DNA of 62,790 bases, the filler included, from Choristocarpus tenellus KU-1152 (taxonomy: Eukaryota > Protista > Phaeophyceae), in the NCBI GenBank assembly GCA_964200185.2. It is 11 parts of 11 records of this genome, joined end to end, with 100 filler letters (N's around TTAATTAATTAA, not from the genome) between each part and the next. Parts side by side here need not be neighbours in the genome. Positions count along the whole stretch, not along the records: positions 21,192 to 29,283 come from CAXNAD020005162.1; positions 29,384 to 31,950 come from CAXNAD020026710.1; positions 32,051 to 34,625 come from CAXNAD020026627.1; positions 34,726 to 42,562 come from CAXNAD020005507.1; 7 more parts are not named here. One strand, written 5' to 3'. A model generated the notes under the pieces. That model ran no database searches, was not told the DNA's origin, and was given only the letters and a program-made list of their open reading frames with translations. A program made the translations under genes and the position numbers. How positions within the stretch are numbered: the stretch's first letter is position 1; each line of letters begins with the position of its first letter. This document shows, piece by piece, positions 24,304 to 36,499 of the stretch.

Positions 24304-24923
24304 GGGCCACAAACAATCCCTTCCCCGATCACCCCCTTGCCTGGAAGACGTCTTAGAAGACGGCATGTCCACTTTATGGACTACAGCCCAACTATATAGA
24401 TGTAATTTCAACCACCTTCCCGATCCCTGTCACAGCTGATATCCTCTTTCGCAATCTAAGGGTTCCGTACTGTAACGGCGGCGTCGCCACCAAGTATGGC
24501 TTCAAGGCAGTAAGAGCTTCTCCGAACACCCTTCCACTCTCGGAGTCGGTTTTCCTTTCTACGGGTGTTTCTTTATCTTCTCTCTTTACAGATATAAATG
24601 CTGTCCGTTTTGAGCCTCCACTTGCTTAGTGGCGTAAGTTTTCCTGGGTTCTAGGTAACCTAGCTTGCTCCACGTTTGTAATTTCTATGCTGACCTTGCT
24701 TGCCTGTAATAGGTTAGAACAACAATCCGCCCCACTTCCACTCCCCGCCGTATATTTCTTTTTGAAGAACGGTACACCTTCGAACAACCTTCGTATCACG
24801 TTTTCCTACCTTTACTCGCTGATGAGAGATTACCCCCTTCTTGAAATTGGCTGCGGTTATTATATTATCGAAACCCTAATCCTAATGTCTAACTTTGTTT
24901 CACTACCATCAGAAGACCTAAAC

Positions 24924-27900
24924 ATGACCTATATGACCTTGTACGCAGCGCTTCTAGGTTGGATTTGCTTCTCTCAATCATCCGCCTTTCATATTAATCC
25001 AAGTAACTATCTCGCAAGGCCGACATTTAGGTCAGCACCTCCAAGGCATAGATGTCACCAGCACTTATCTGGTCCCTACGCTGCTAGGTAATGGACCTCT
25101 ACTCAAGCATTCTCTTCCTTTCTTCTCGTCCTATGCGTATCATGCTCTCTTGATCATACACACCTGCTTTCGTTTCTTGTGAGTTACCCCTGTTGCAATT
25201 GTGAATATATTTCCATGATGAAAACGCCACCAAGAAGAGCACGCGATCCTCTGGTGTGGAGCGGAAACTTGTGCCTAAGAGGCACTTGCTCTTTGTTTCC
25301 GTATCGCAGCAGCCCTGCGGCTTCTCATCACACGGTCTCTTTGCAGCAGATATTTTCTTGTGACAATGCCCCTGTGCACTGTTGCGTTCGTCTCTATAGC
25401 GAGCCTGCTAGCGATACAGAGAGGCCGTGGAGCTTATCTCTGCGTGAAATAGAGGTGCCTTTGCAGGACCACTCAACAGGCTATCTGGAACACGTACAAA
25501 GCGAATGCGGATCAGACACAAATGGGATCCCTTATCGTGTGGTACGATGGCATATCAGTTCCGTTGACGAGGAGGAGGGGATCGCCAAGGCAGAGGTGCA
25601 GTCATGATGATTAACTTCCAAGGTTCCTATTTTTGTAATGGGGTTCCCCGTTTCTCGCCTCAATACGCAATGGAGAAGGAGGCCGTTTTTTATGATCAAA
25701 GTCCACAGGCAGTTTATTGTCTAAGCCTCCTTGGTGGGTTAGTCCAGCAAGAAAAGATAAGTCGGCCGTACGCAACAGCTTCTTAGCGAGAGTTGTCTAG
25801 GAGAGTGTTTTTGTTGTCCGTGTTGATCTTTTTATGTGACAAGAGAAGAGTTGACATTAAATTGGGCCTTCTGGCAAATTGGACTCGTATCTGCATCGAG
25901 ATATCCCTCTCCTACTCACATTTGATTCTACATGCAATATCTCTATAAGGTCAAAACGTCCCCAACCTCGTGGCAAGCAAGAAGCACGTAGGCATTTTCT
26001 TTTCCATTATACCTCGCATGTGATTTGTTAAGTCCGTTAACCGAATACAATATTCCACGCCCTGACTTACGGTTAAATATGTTTTTCTCCGCTTATTGTA
26101 CCCACACATACATCGTGGTGAAACTTTGCCCACAGGTGGTAGTTATGAGACAAGAGAGAAGCAGTCAAGTGTGTTGACGGCGATTGGGAGGGAATACGAA
26201 GAAGATAGGCTTGGCCTAAAACGTCATCAACAACAGTACCACGGAGCAGTAGAGTACTTTCATTGGGCAATTGCATTGAGTGCTTCATCAGATATCTCTA
26301 CTAACCTTGTCAATGCAAACACATCAACAATGAGGGTCAATCCCCGCCAAGGTTCAAATATATATATATATATATATATATTACAGTCGTACTACTATTG
26401 TACTTTAATTGTGCCCTCCGTCAAGAGCGGAATTCCTTATCCCCAGCAATGCTGTGTGGTCTACAAGTAGATAGATGTTAACTTCCCTCTTGCGTGCTCA
26501 AGTCACTACAGCCTTGATAGGTGTATGTTGCTGTAGACACTTCGTAGGAGGCTTTGTGGATACAATCCTTGCCGTAACTTTATTGCCTCTGCATTCAGAG
26601 TACTAAGATGAGTTTGCAGTCGGGGTGTATACAGTACCCATTGTTGGTTATGTGCGGGCTTGCAACAACTCCAGAGCAAATACACATGGGTAAAGCAACC
26701 TCGATGGCAGTAGTATTGCCTGAAGGATTGTGATGACAAAGTGACATTGCTACATACAACATACATACAGGAAACCGTTAAATACCATATGTTTGTTGGA
26801 TTTTGTATCGCCTTTGATGCGTAACGCATCAGAGTTGTGTTCTACAGCTAAGGACCTACTGAATGATGCATTACTCCGATTATTGAACCCACAATGGCCA
26901 GAAAATTGTGACCTCAGATCGTTCTTGAACTAATTTATTGACAATCGTTGTGCGGAAAGATGGGCTGCCCTTAAGGTAGCGGCACTGAGATGTACACTAC
27001 TGTGAATGCTGAGGGAGCGTGCTTCTGCCAGCGAGTTGACAAAATGCACTATTTTATGTCCTGCACTGGACTAGTCCAAACTCTCTTATGTTATTGCTTG
27101 TCGTTCACAAGAATTCTTACTCTGCTCACAAGAGTTGAGCCTTATCTCTTCCTCCATGGACACCAACCGTGTGACAAGTCAAAGGATTGTACCTCCCATG
27201 GTTACTCTCATGTTTCGAACATCCATGGAAAGCAAGACCTTCATCCGACGGACCATGCCTCACTCTACTACCCAATATCACGCTCATGAATTCATGCATG
27301 TGCTTTTCCAGTATTTTGGTGAAGTGTTCATGCTTCAAGATACCACCTTACTAAATTATACAATTCATACTACACAGCAGCGCTTGATTACTGCACACTT
27401 TGGTGTACAATACGAGTTCTTAAGGCTCAGAACAGGGGAAGTACATGAGGGTGTGATGAACCGTTCAATGATCAATCAGTTGTGAGGAATCGCAGTTAAT
27501 GCAAGACTGCTCATCATTTTTGCCACGAGGAAGTCCTAAACTCCATTCAATGGTATTGACCATTTTTCAGGTATCAACCTTGACTTGGGGTTGTTCAAAG
27601 AGGAAAAAACATTCGCTTTTATCAACCTGCATTGTGATGTGGGGTGTGGGGTGTGTGTGCACAATAAGTCGTATTGCAAAGGATTCGAGGCTAAAGCTAC
27701 AGCCCTACGTACTGTTTCTCATCCAATTCTTGGTACGGTAGTGATATATATATATATATATTCACCTTTGCGTACAAGTACGAATCCATGCGATTAGTTT
27801 GAAAGACAATAATGGGCGTTGACTGTGTTGTGCCAACTACATATCTCCCTAACGTATAATATGTGCCACTTGAGGGGGGAAAGATCGCACCGATACTTGC

Positions 27901-28641
27901 AGCTCTTATTGAAAAGGTTTAAGGGTCTATGATACTTGAGCCCAATGTCGAAATATACATCACATCCAGTGAATAACGACAGAAAAGTGTTGTTAGAGTG
28001 CTAACATTTTATGTTTTAATAAATATGCATGTGATTGTGTCAAAGGTGTGAAAAAATGCCACAGGGTCAGGTTTTGATCCAGCCAGGCAGCAAATGCAAT
28101 AGAAAGGTCCTCGTTAAAGACACTGTTTGCTAGTGCTTGACTCAGTCGCGTTTTGGCAACAGGACTTTCGTGTGCTACTTCAAGTAGAAACATCCTATCA
28201 AGCGCAATAAGTATCAGCTGAAAGCAGTTGATATAAGGTGGCGAAGTATGCCAAGGCCAAAGCTGTTTCGGGTAAGTAATCCCGTCGTTTTTTGTCTTGC
28301 CCTTATATACATTACTTTGCCTGTGAACAAGTCCTTTCGTAAGTCCATGTGCTTATTATTTTGAAAGGGGACTTGTATTAACCATCAACTATCCACCTGT
28401 TACGTCATTGTAGAAAAGACGGGGGCCACTAGGTATTGCCCAGAACATATCAGGAAAAGTGCTGTTCGCAGCAGCTCGCATTACACACAAGAGTAAACTA
28501 CGGACATGAAATTGAAATAGCGATAGATTTTTGGGCCAGCAACAACAAATAGACACACGGTGCTCCCTGGCACGAGGGTGAGGTGAAATACAGCATTATC
28601 AAGAAGTTGAAGGAGCGTGGCAATGACTACTTGAAGGAGGG
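24924..28641 (+). CDS. Multi-exon gene for a probable plastid-targeted protein, possibly TPR-containing (partial)
   Basis: Exon 24924-25087 encodes a signal peptide plus SSAF|HIN and an R/S/P-rich transit region; splices in phase to 25400-25595; further candidate exons near 26135, 27570 and 28553-28641 (LKERGNDYLKEG, TPR-like). Linkage of the later exons is inferred. Confidence 0.55.
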
Positions 28642-29259
28642 GTACGGACCCAGTTTTGCGAGTTTTAGCTGGATCTTTCAACCGCTGCTACAGTCAAATC
28701 CTGTGGCACTGCCACTGTTGCTTTGACACCAGGGAACTTCTCGGGCACGCAGCACTTTGAATTCTGAGCTGGAGATGCTGGGGAATCTGCCAGGGGACGT
28801 TTTGTGCATGTTGATGTCCTGTGGCTATACCATCACATTCCGATATATCTGCTGTATCCTCTCCAGCTCTGACCAGAAAGAAGAAATTGAATATATTGGA
28901 GCAGATATTTTTTTTCGCGGCTTACAGAGAATGACTTGGAGAGGGGATCATCTGGAGGAGTCGTGTATAGCTTGTTCCAATAAAAGTCAAGTATTTGGTT
29001 GTCCTGAGCCTGGAGCATTACTACTGTGTACTTGTGGTAAGGGTGGAGGAAGATAGAGGGTTTTTCAAAGACCAATGAGCGATGCAAGGTGTTGGAGGCT
29101 ACTCAACTGCCTTTAGTGGGCATGTTTGTAGTACTGCATAATGGTATTGATGACACAGGTTGTCAAAAAGGATATTTCTGAGCTACTCCCTAACACTGGG
29201 CAATTGGTGGCGTGATACACGCATTGATAAGGTGGAGACCTTAATGTGTTTGAGTTTTA

Positions 29260-29283
29260 GGCTCAAAGTATCTAGGGGGGAGA
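29260..29283. mobile_element. MITE family B terminus at contig break
   Basis: GGCTCAAAGTATCTAGGGGG. Confidence 0.65.
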
Positions 29284-29451
29284 NNNNNNNNNNNNNNNNN
29301 NNNNNNNNNNNNNNNNNNNNNNNNNNNTTAATTAATTAANNNNNNNNNNNNNNNNNNNNNNNNNNNNNNNNNNNNNNNNNNNNTGTCCTCACCGCCCCTC
29401 CCCCCCCCCCGCTGCCCGCCCATCGATGTTGGGCCCCCAATTTCTTTTTTT

Positions 29452-30929
29452 TTATGCATTTTCATTGATATCTGAGCCCAAGGTTACATCTTCCCCAGTG
29501 GCATTCTTAGCACCCTTATCATCTACCACAAATAAATTTCCATAGGCAGAGTGGTGGACACCACCTACAGCACGCCCAGAGCAGTCCGCCCGGCCCTGGA
29601 AAAACACACAGAGAGTTATTATCAAGTCATTTTTTTTATTTGGGGGCGGGGTGGGGTGAGGTGGGTGGGAGGAAAAAGAGAGGGCCATTTGAGCCAAAAA
29701 AAAAAAATGAGAGGTATGTTGTATACGTATACCCTGAACCTCACATTTAAAAAAATAGTTTTTTTTAAAGCAAAAATCTAAAGTTTCTAAAGTTTTTTTA
29801 GTAAGTTAAATAAAAAACAAAAAAATGTCAAGTTAAAATTTTATTAACACGTAAGTTCTTCGGCAAGAGATAGTTGGGTTAGTGTTAGGGGTAGGGTTAG
29901 AGCAGGGCACTGTTGAATCGAATCATCCCCTCCTCTTCCGCACTCTATTATTATCGTTATTATTATTATTATTGTCAGAGGTGGTGGGGAGGGGAGGTCT
30001 GAAAGAATTCATTCTTACGGCGTGTTGTTGTGGTAGTTGGGTCAACTCTTTTTCTAAATCTCAACGACCAATTTTTTTAAATGTGATTTCACCATCTGGG
30101 TTAGGGTTAGAGTTAGGGTTATATAGGGGGTCAGTTACTACCTGCGAACTTGCTCTCCATAAACAGATCGTAGACAAAAGACACGGATAAAAAAGAGGGT
30201 ATACCTTTATTTGGCAGTACAAATGGCTGTTAAAAAACACAAAAATAATTAAAATGACTCGGTGCATGACATCAACGATATACCTTAAACCGTCGCAAAA
30301 GCTAACTGTACGCTTCATTCATAGTCAGAAAAAGGGTACAGCCTGCAGAATGTTTAGGTGCTATTTTTTCCTCACTTGATTTTACAAACCCAACCCCTCC
30401 CAAAAAAGCAATCAAGCTTGCCTACACTACATTACCCAAACTACTACTGCTGCAAAAAAAAAAACTTTAATTCGTATCTACTCATCTACTCAACAAAAAA
30501 AGGTATATCCCAACTAGATCGAACTAAATGTGTGTATATAACTGACCCAGTAATAGCCATTTACCACCGGCACATACGTACTTTACATTATACACAATGT
30601 ACTTTAGTGTGCACACGATGTGCTTTACATTATACACAATGTACTTTACATTATACACAATATTTTTACAAATCTCGACACAGTACCCACACAAGACATA
30701 CATAGATGTACATACATACATACATCGACAACACCTACCACCCATCACACATACACAAACAAACGCATGCACAACTCCAACCCTAACCCTAGAATTGCCG
30801 TACCTTGAAAGACTCATCCCATTCAATTGCCCGGGCTGTAGAGCAGGCAATGCTCGGACCTCCAGGTACAGTCCTCGCAGCAGCAGGGGTGGGGAAGAAC
30901 TCTTCAAAGATGGACCGGTACCAGTAAGT
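29452..30929 (-). CDS. ASNS: Glutamine-dependent asparagine synthetase, last two exons (30929-30804, 29595-29452)
   Basis: TYWYRSIFEEFFPTPAAARTVPGGPSIACSTARAIEWDESFK | GRADCSGRAVGGVHHSAY... matches the AsnB C-terminus (VPGG.SVACST..A..WD; DPSGRA..VH); phase-0 GT-AG intron. Confidence 0.93.
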
Positions 30930-31262
30930 CTGGTACGCAGTCCAGGTCCAAATACAAGGTGAGGTTCAGAATTGTGTAAGAACTATGTACCCGTAAGGAG
31001 TGCAGGTTCGAGATGTTGTAGAGGTACACACTTACCAGTTACTATTCTAATGATACACAATTATCAATCATTATTTTAATGATACGCACTCATCAATCAT
31101 CAGTTTAATCATACACAATTACCAATCACATCAACGATCAGTAGCAATAGTTTGTTGGGGGCAAAAAAAAATTGTCTTAGTACTTACCAATTGATCGCCT
31201 GAAAAAATTCTTGGATGCTTCCGAAAGACTAGTTTTTTTTATGTTTTTAGATAATAATAAAA

Positions 31263-31406
31263 GAGTGAAAGTATCTTAGAGGGTACGAGTTTTGCCCTGT
31301 TTGTCCATTTGGTGCTTGACTTCCNNNNNNNNNNTACATCAAAATCGCAACATTGGATTTTGACCCCCAAATGGACGCGACTCTACCCTCAAAAATACTT
31401 TGGCTC
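31263..31406 (-). mobile_element. MITE family A with internal N gap, AAAA/AAAA flanks
   Basis: Both TIRs present. Confidence 0.85.
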
Positions 31407-31856
31407 AAAACAAATGTTTTCACCTCTCATAACTCTTCAATAATAATAAAATAATAACAATCTTTGTTTGAGCTGACACAGACTGGACCATGTCTGGTCT
31501 TCTACCATAACACACACTACACACATTTGACTCAACTGCACCTATTTATCTATTATTATTAAAGAGTGATGAGAGCTGATGACATTTATCAACATTATTA
31601 TTATTATTATTTATGCATCCCTTTGCACACAAATAAAATAAAAGACTGCACATAGAGGAAGATACAAATAAAATGAAATAATGAAAACCCTATTGGTCTA
31701 TCGCCTACTGTGTGGGGGTGCTAGGAACTCCTGAAATCTCTACACAGTTAATCCACCTTTCCATTACAAATAAAAAATAAATTAAAACAAAAAGTCTCAC
31801 ATGCCATACTCTATACTCTACTACATACATTCCTTACTCCTGATGACTCCAGTTCA

Positions 31857-31950
31857 GGGTCAAAGTATCTTGACGGGGGGGGGGGGGGGGGGGGGGCCGC
31901 CCCCGCGGGGGTTTTGTCAGCCCCCGGCGAGGGGGGGGACCCTTAATTTT
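31857..31950. mobile_element. MITE family C-like end at contig break
   Basis: GGGTCAAAGTATCTTGAC then a G-run. Confidence 0.6.
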
Positions 31951-32507
31951 NNNNNNNNNNNNNNNNNNNNNNNNNNNNNNNNNNNNNNNNNNNNTTAATT
32001 AATTAANNNNNNNNNNNNNNNNNNNNNNNNNNNNNNNNNNNNNNNNNNNNTTTGGGGTTGTGGGGGTTTTGTTGTGTTTTTGTTTTGTTGTGTTGTGGGG
32101 GGGGGGGGTGCGATGGGGTTTGAGGTTGAAATTTTGGCTTGTGTACAGATTTCAGGGATAGAGTTAATGTTTATTTTCAGGGATGACAGGGATGACAAAG
32201 AGGTGATTGTTGATGTAGGGGTTGTTGAGTGTATCTTTCTTCCAAAGTTTCAATGTGTGTGTGTGTGTGTGTGTTTTGTCTATTTTCTTAGATGTTATCG
32301 TTTTGGTTGCACCAGTGGGTATTGAGTATGCATTCAAATGATCACCTAGTTCATGTTTATGGTTATACTCTGGCACGCTGAGCTTGAAATTTTTAGAAGA
32401 AATGAAGTAACTTAAATCTTTACGGGCTGATTTATTTATTTTTTGTGAGACTGCAACAGAACATCATGTGAAACACCTGGTCTCGCTGTTGTGATTTCTT
32501 TGATCAG

Positions 32508-34283
32508 GTGTTAGTGCCTTACATGGGAGGCATTACAATGCTGGAATATGTCAAAGAACTGCCCAAGAACAAACGTGAGGCTAAGGGCGCCACCAGGGGT
32601 GGATATGCTGTCAAACCAAATGCCGAGAGCATCCTCCCCACTACTCCTGGTACCCCAAGTGTGGATACCCCTGCTGGGGCTGCTCCCTCGGCTGTTACCC
32701 CCCCCATTCCCCCAAGCACGGATGGACTGTCTCCTGAGGCTGACTCCATTGCCCGGCAGATTGTTGCAAAGGTTAGGGTTGTTAATACAGCAATACTATC
32801 GTAGTAATGTCATATTATGGGTCACGTTGTGTATGTTAAGGTAGTCGGGTGTAGCATGGTATGGGAGGGGGGGGGGATTGGAACCACCTCAAATGTCATA
32901 GGCGGTAGGTTCTCATTTATTTTGATTGGTCATTTATTTGATCGAGTCAGCTGATTGGTCAACTGTTGTTTTGAATTGTGCACAGTGTGTGGGCATCACA
33001 TATTCCTGTCTTCTTATTGGTTAGGAATGTTATGTTTGGGCTGCATGATTGAGCTTTTTCCTCTCCCCCCACTTCCTTGGAGACAGTAAATATGTAATAG
33101 GCGTCTACTATTATGTATGTATTAGTTATTAGGGTTAGGGAATATTATGCAATGTACAATATTGTTGGGGAAATGGAATGAGCCTGTATGTTACTGTGGA
33201 CCAATGGAGTGCCCTTGCGGTTGTATCCTTACTACTGTTGTTAGCACTCAATTACAGTGTTTGTGCACTATGGTAAAGTTTATCGCCTTGTGCTTGTTTC
33301 TGAGAGACCAGTGTAAGAGATAGAGTGCAAGTGTGATATTGTATTTTATTTTATTTTAGTCTTGCACAGCGTAGAAATGTTATTTTATATTTATATTTAT
33401 ATTTATACTTATACTGCAATTAGAGATTAATTTGCACTCCTGATTCCCGCATCACAAGCATGAATCAATCCTTTCTTATTTCTTGGCTTGGTGCAAAGGT
33501 TTTTGTGTTTTTGTTGCTACAGAGTGATCTCAAGTTTTTTGTTGTTGTGCAGAAGATGTAACTGGAAGTGCAATACAGAATTGTTTGATCCGTCTGTATG
33601 GCTTGCCTTGCTAATACTGTAGTTTTCTTATTGTGTGCATGGGATATCACATCATCTGCCCTGTGTGTGTTGAGAGTTGAGTGGGCCTAGTTTAAGAATG
33701 CAGTCACAATGGTTCTTAGATCCCGCCCCAGAAATATATCTGCTTTTTGTACACCAGGGGAAGCTATCTCATCAATTGCATTTTGGTGTGCGTTTGTCTG
33801 AATATCTGATATATTTTTCCATGTTCTGTGAAGTACTCTGAAAACAGGCTTTCGTCAAGTTCCAGTCTCTTATTTGGGTCCTTTTCGAAGTAATGTTTTA
33901 CTCCTGTGTACGTGTGTACATCTCAGCAGACTTTGAACAAAAAAAAGCACCTCCAACATCTTCCCCGTTCACCCCCTTTCCCTCCTTCCCTCTCCATTCC
34001 CTCACCCTGCATGCCTTCCAAGGGCTTGGAAATCCGTGAATTGAAGGCAGGTAAGGTGGATAAGGCTGAGCTGAAGCCCCACATCGATAAACTCCTTGCT
34101 CTTAAGGCTGACTACAAGATGCAAACAGGAAAGGAGTATGCACCCCCTTCATCTGCTACACAGGCCTCTGCGCCTTCGACTGCTACAGCCCATAGCCTTC
34201 CTGCTACTGGCCCAGTGACACTGACGGCCACTACAACAGAATCTCCAGCAGCAGCAGCTATTGCGGCAAAGGTAGCTGCCAAG
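32508..34283 (+). CDS. SARS1: Seryl-tRNA synthetase C-terminus fused to WHEP domain(s); exons 32508-32771 and 34023-34283
   Basis: VLVPYMGG is the end of the SerRS catalytic domain; spliced IARQIVAK|GLEIRELKAGKVDKAELKPHIDKLLALKADYKMQTGKEY is a canonical WHEP; a second unit starts at AIAAKVAAK|GT. Confidence 0.8.
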
Positions 34284-36499
34284 GTATGTTCATACCATGA
34301 GTTGGGGGTGGGGAATGAAGCACAAGTATTGCGCTTGGAGCAATAGAGTGGCCCATATATCGTATGTACCCAGTATGATACATCTCCCCTTGCATCACTT
34401 TGTACCCTTTCAATGGTGACTTGCTTGTGTGAGGATTGTTTTTGATATGGATGAGGTTAGCGGGATGTGTGACAGGAAAGGTGGGAATAATGATCTTGGT
34501 GTGTTTTTGTGCAGTAATTTTCTGGGGGGAAGGGCAGAGTTATGGAGGTTAGAGAGCCTGGGGGGGAGAGGGGGTAAGGTATGTATGTACAAAGAAGGTG
34601 GAGGTCTTGGGGGGGGTGATCTGCCNNNNNNNNNNNNNNNNNNNNNNNNNNNNNNNNNNNNNNNNNNNNTTAATTAATTAANNNNNNNNNNNNNNNNNNN
34701 NNNNNNNNNNNNNNNNNNNNNNNNNGGTGGGGGTGGGGGTGGGGGGGGGGGGGGGGTGTGGTGTGCAGTGGGGGGGGGGGGGGGGGGCGGGGGGGGGGTG
34801 GGGGGGGGGGGCTGCTGCAGATGGAATGTCCAATACGTGTTGAACTGAGTCAAATAGGGTGCCATTGATTCCGCTACCCTCTGGATCACATGCCTTTGAC
34901 ATGATAAATGTAACTGCATCAAGAAAAAAAAAGAAGAGTCCTGTAGCTTCCTAGTGGGGGAGTCAGGCGTCCCACTCGGGTCCTTTGTGACCCTGTAGTG
35001 GTTTTCGTTTTATTTTTTCCGTTGAACATGTCAGATGTAAGGGCCATTTCCTTCACCTGGATGCCACCTTCCCTTTTTCAATCCCTCGCTGCCCTGGACA
35101 AAATTCAAAGAGTAATCGTTGTGACTTACTGTACCCCCATCTAGACCCGAGTGGACAACCTGGGCTAAGCTAAGTCCCCCTCCCCTCTCTAGAATACTAC
35201 CATGGTCAACACTTTAAGAGTAAGAACAATAGCAACACTTGTAACAACAACCGATGTTATGTAGCAATTGAGGAACGCTCCACACACACACACATGTGTA
35301 GTTGTACAGGCGATGATAGCAATAACAAAAAAATTACGAGTGAATTCGTAGCAAAAGAAAGACGTATGTATATATATATACTGATAATAATAATAAAAAA
35401 CATTACTTTCTGTTCGCATCAGTTGGAAGAGATCAAGGAAATGCCTGAACGGGGAGTCGGGCGCAGGAGAAAAAATAACTCTAATCTAGAAGAGGACTGC
35501 TCTGCTTTCTAATTTGGAACTAAGGGCTTGGCCTGTAGAGGACAGCAGTCGTGCGTTTTTGTTGCTCTGTGTATATATAGAGTATGTAGAATGATGCAGG
35601 TCGGGATGAAATAGATGGGATTAGTTCAGTGCGTCATTGCGGGTCTCACTTCCTGCGGTGAGCTGTTGGAGAAAAAGGCAGTAGTAAACAACACAAGCCA
35701 AACAGCCCGAGAGGGGGGGGAGGGGGGGTTGTTGTTGAGTTTCAAGGGCCCCTCTGACTTCCCCGTGGCTCGTGTCTGTGGAGCGCACAGACTACATCTA
35801 TGGAGTGCATTTTGACTGTTTTGTGAGTGCGGTGGTACAACCAGCTTGCAGACGTGAATGCCCTCCTCCTCTATTGAAGGTCTTGGCCTTCAAAAAAAAA
35901 AACTGTTGTAAAAAAAAAAAAACTCCGAAAAATAAAAGCGACCAAAACGTTTTCCCTTGTCGTTCATGTTGGCTCTGCATTAGGGATCCTACAAAAATAA
36001 ATAAATAAATATGTATATACTTGCAATAATAGTAGTAGAGGTAATGGGAATGGGTTTTGAAATATTAAGAATGCTCTCTCCCTCTCTCCCTCTCTCCCTC
36101 TCTCTTGGCATTTCTTAATGAACAAGTATCAAGGTCTGTACTCACTATAAAGTACTCCTGTGCACAAGGGCCATGTGAAATCAACAGCCTGCAGAGGTAT
36201 TACACCCGGATGTGACATAGCCTCCACAGGCAAAAAGAGAGGAGAGTGATATTGTTTAGTTCTCTCAGCTGTGCATCTTCACAGTGAGCATCAGCAAAGC
36301 GCTCCTCAGTAGCACCTACGCAGCACACAATCTCCTCTTTGCCCAAGCTCATCCATCGTGGGGATCCTTACAAATTTTTCCCACCAAGTCCTTCTTGACA
36401 AAATAATGCCTCCTCCCCCTGACCTCCCCTTCCTGGCACTACGTCCCTCTATGTCCGACTATCTTAGGAACTCTTCTCAAATAGAGAATGCACACTGAC

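Noticed and set aside
24470-24495. TGGTGGCGACG (minus strand) as a retroelement primer-binding site or tRNA end
   Set aside because: No adjacent LTR or cloverleaf; it lies in the divergent promoter region
30524-30962. Listed ORFs 30524..30907 and 30597..30962 as genes
   Set aside because: The real coding frame is the ASNS exon 30929-30804; the rest is intronic low-complexity sequence
29452-34283. ASNS next to SerRS as an amino-acid metabolism cluster
   Set aside because: Separated by an artificial spacer at 31951-32050, so they are on different contigs
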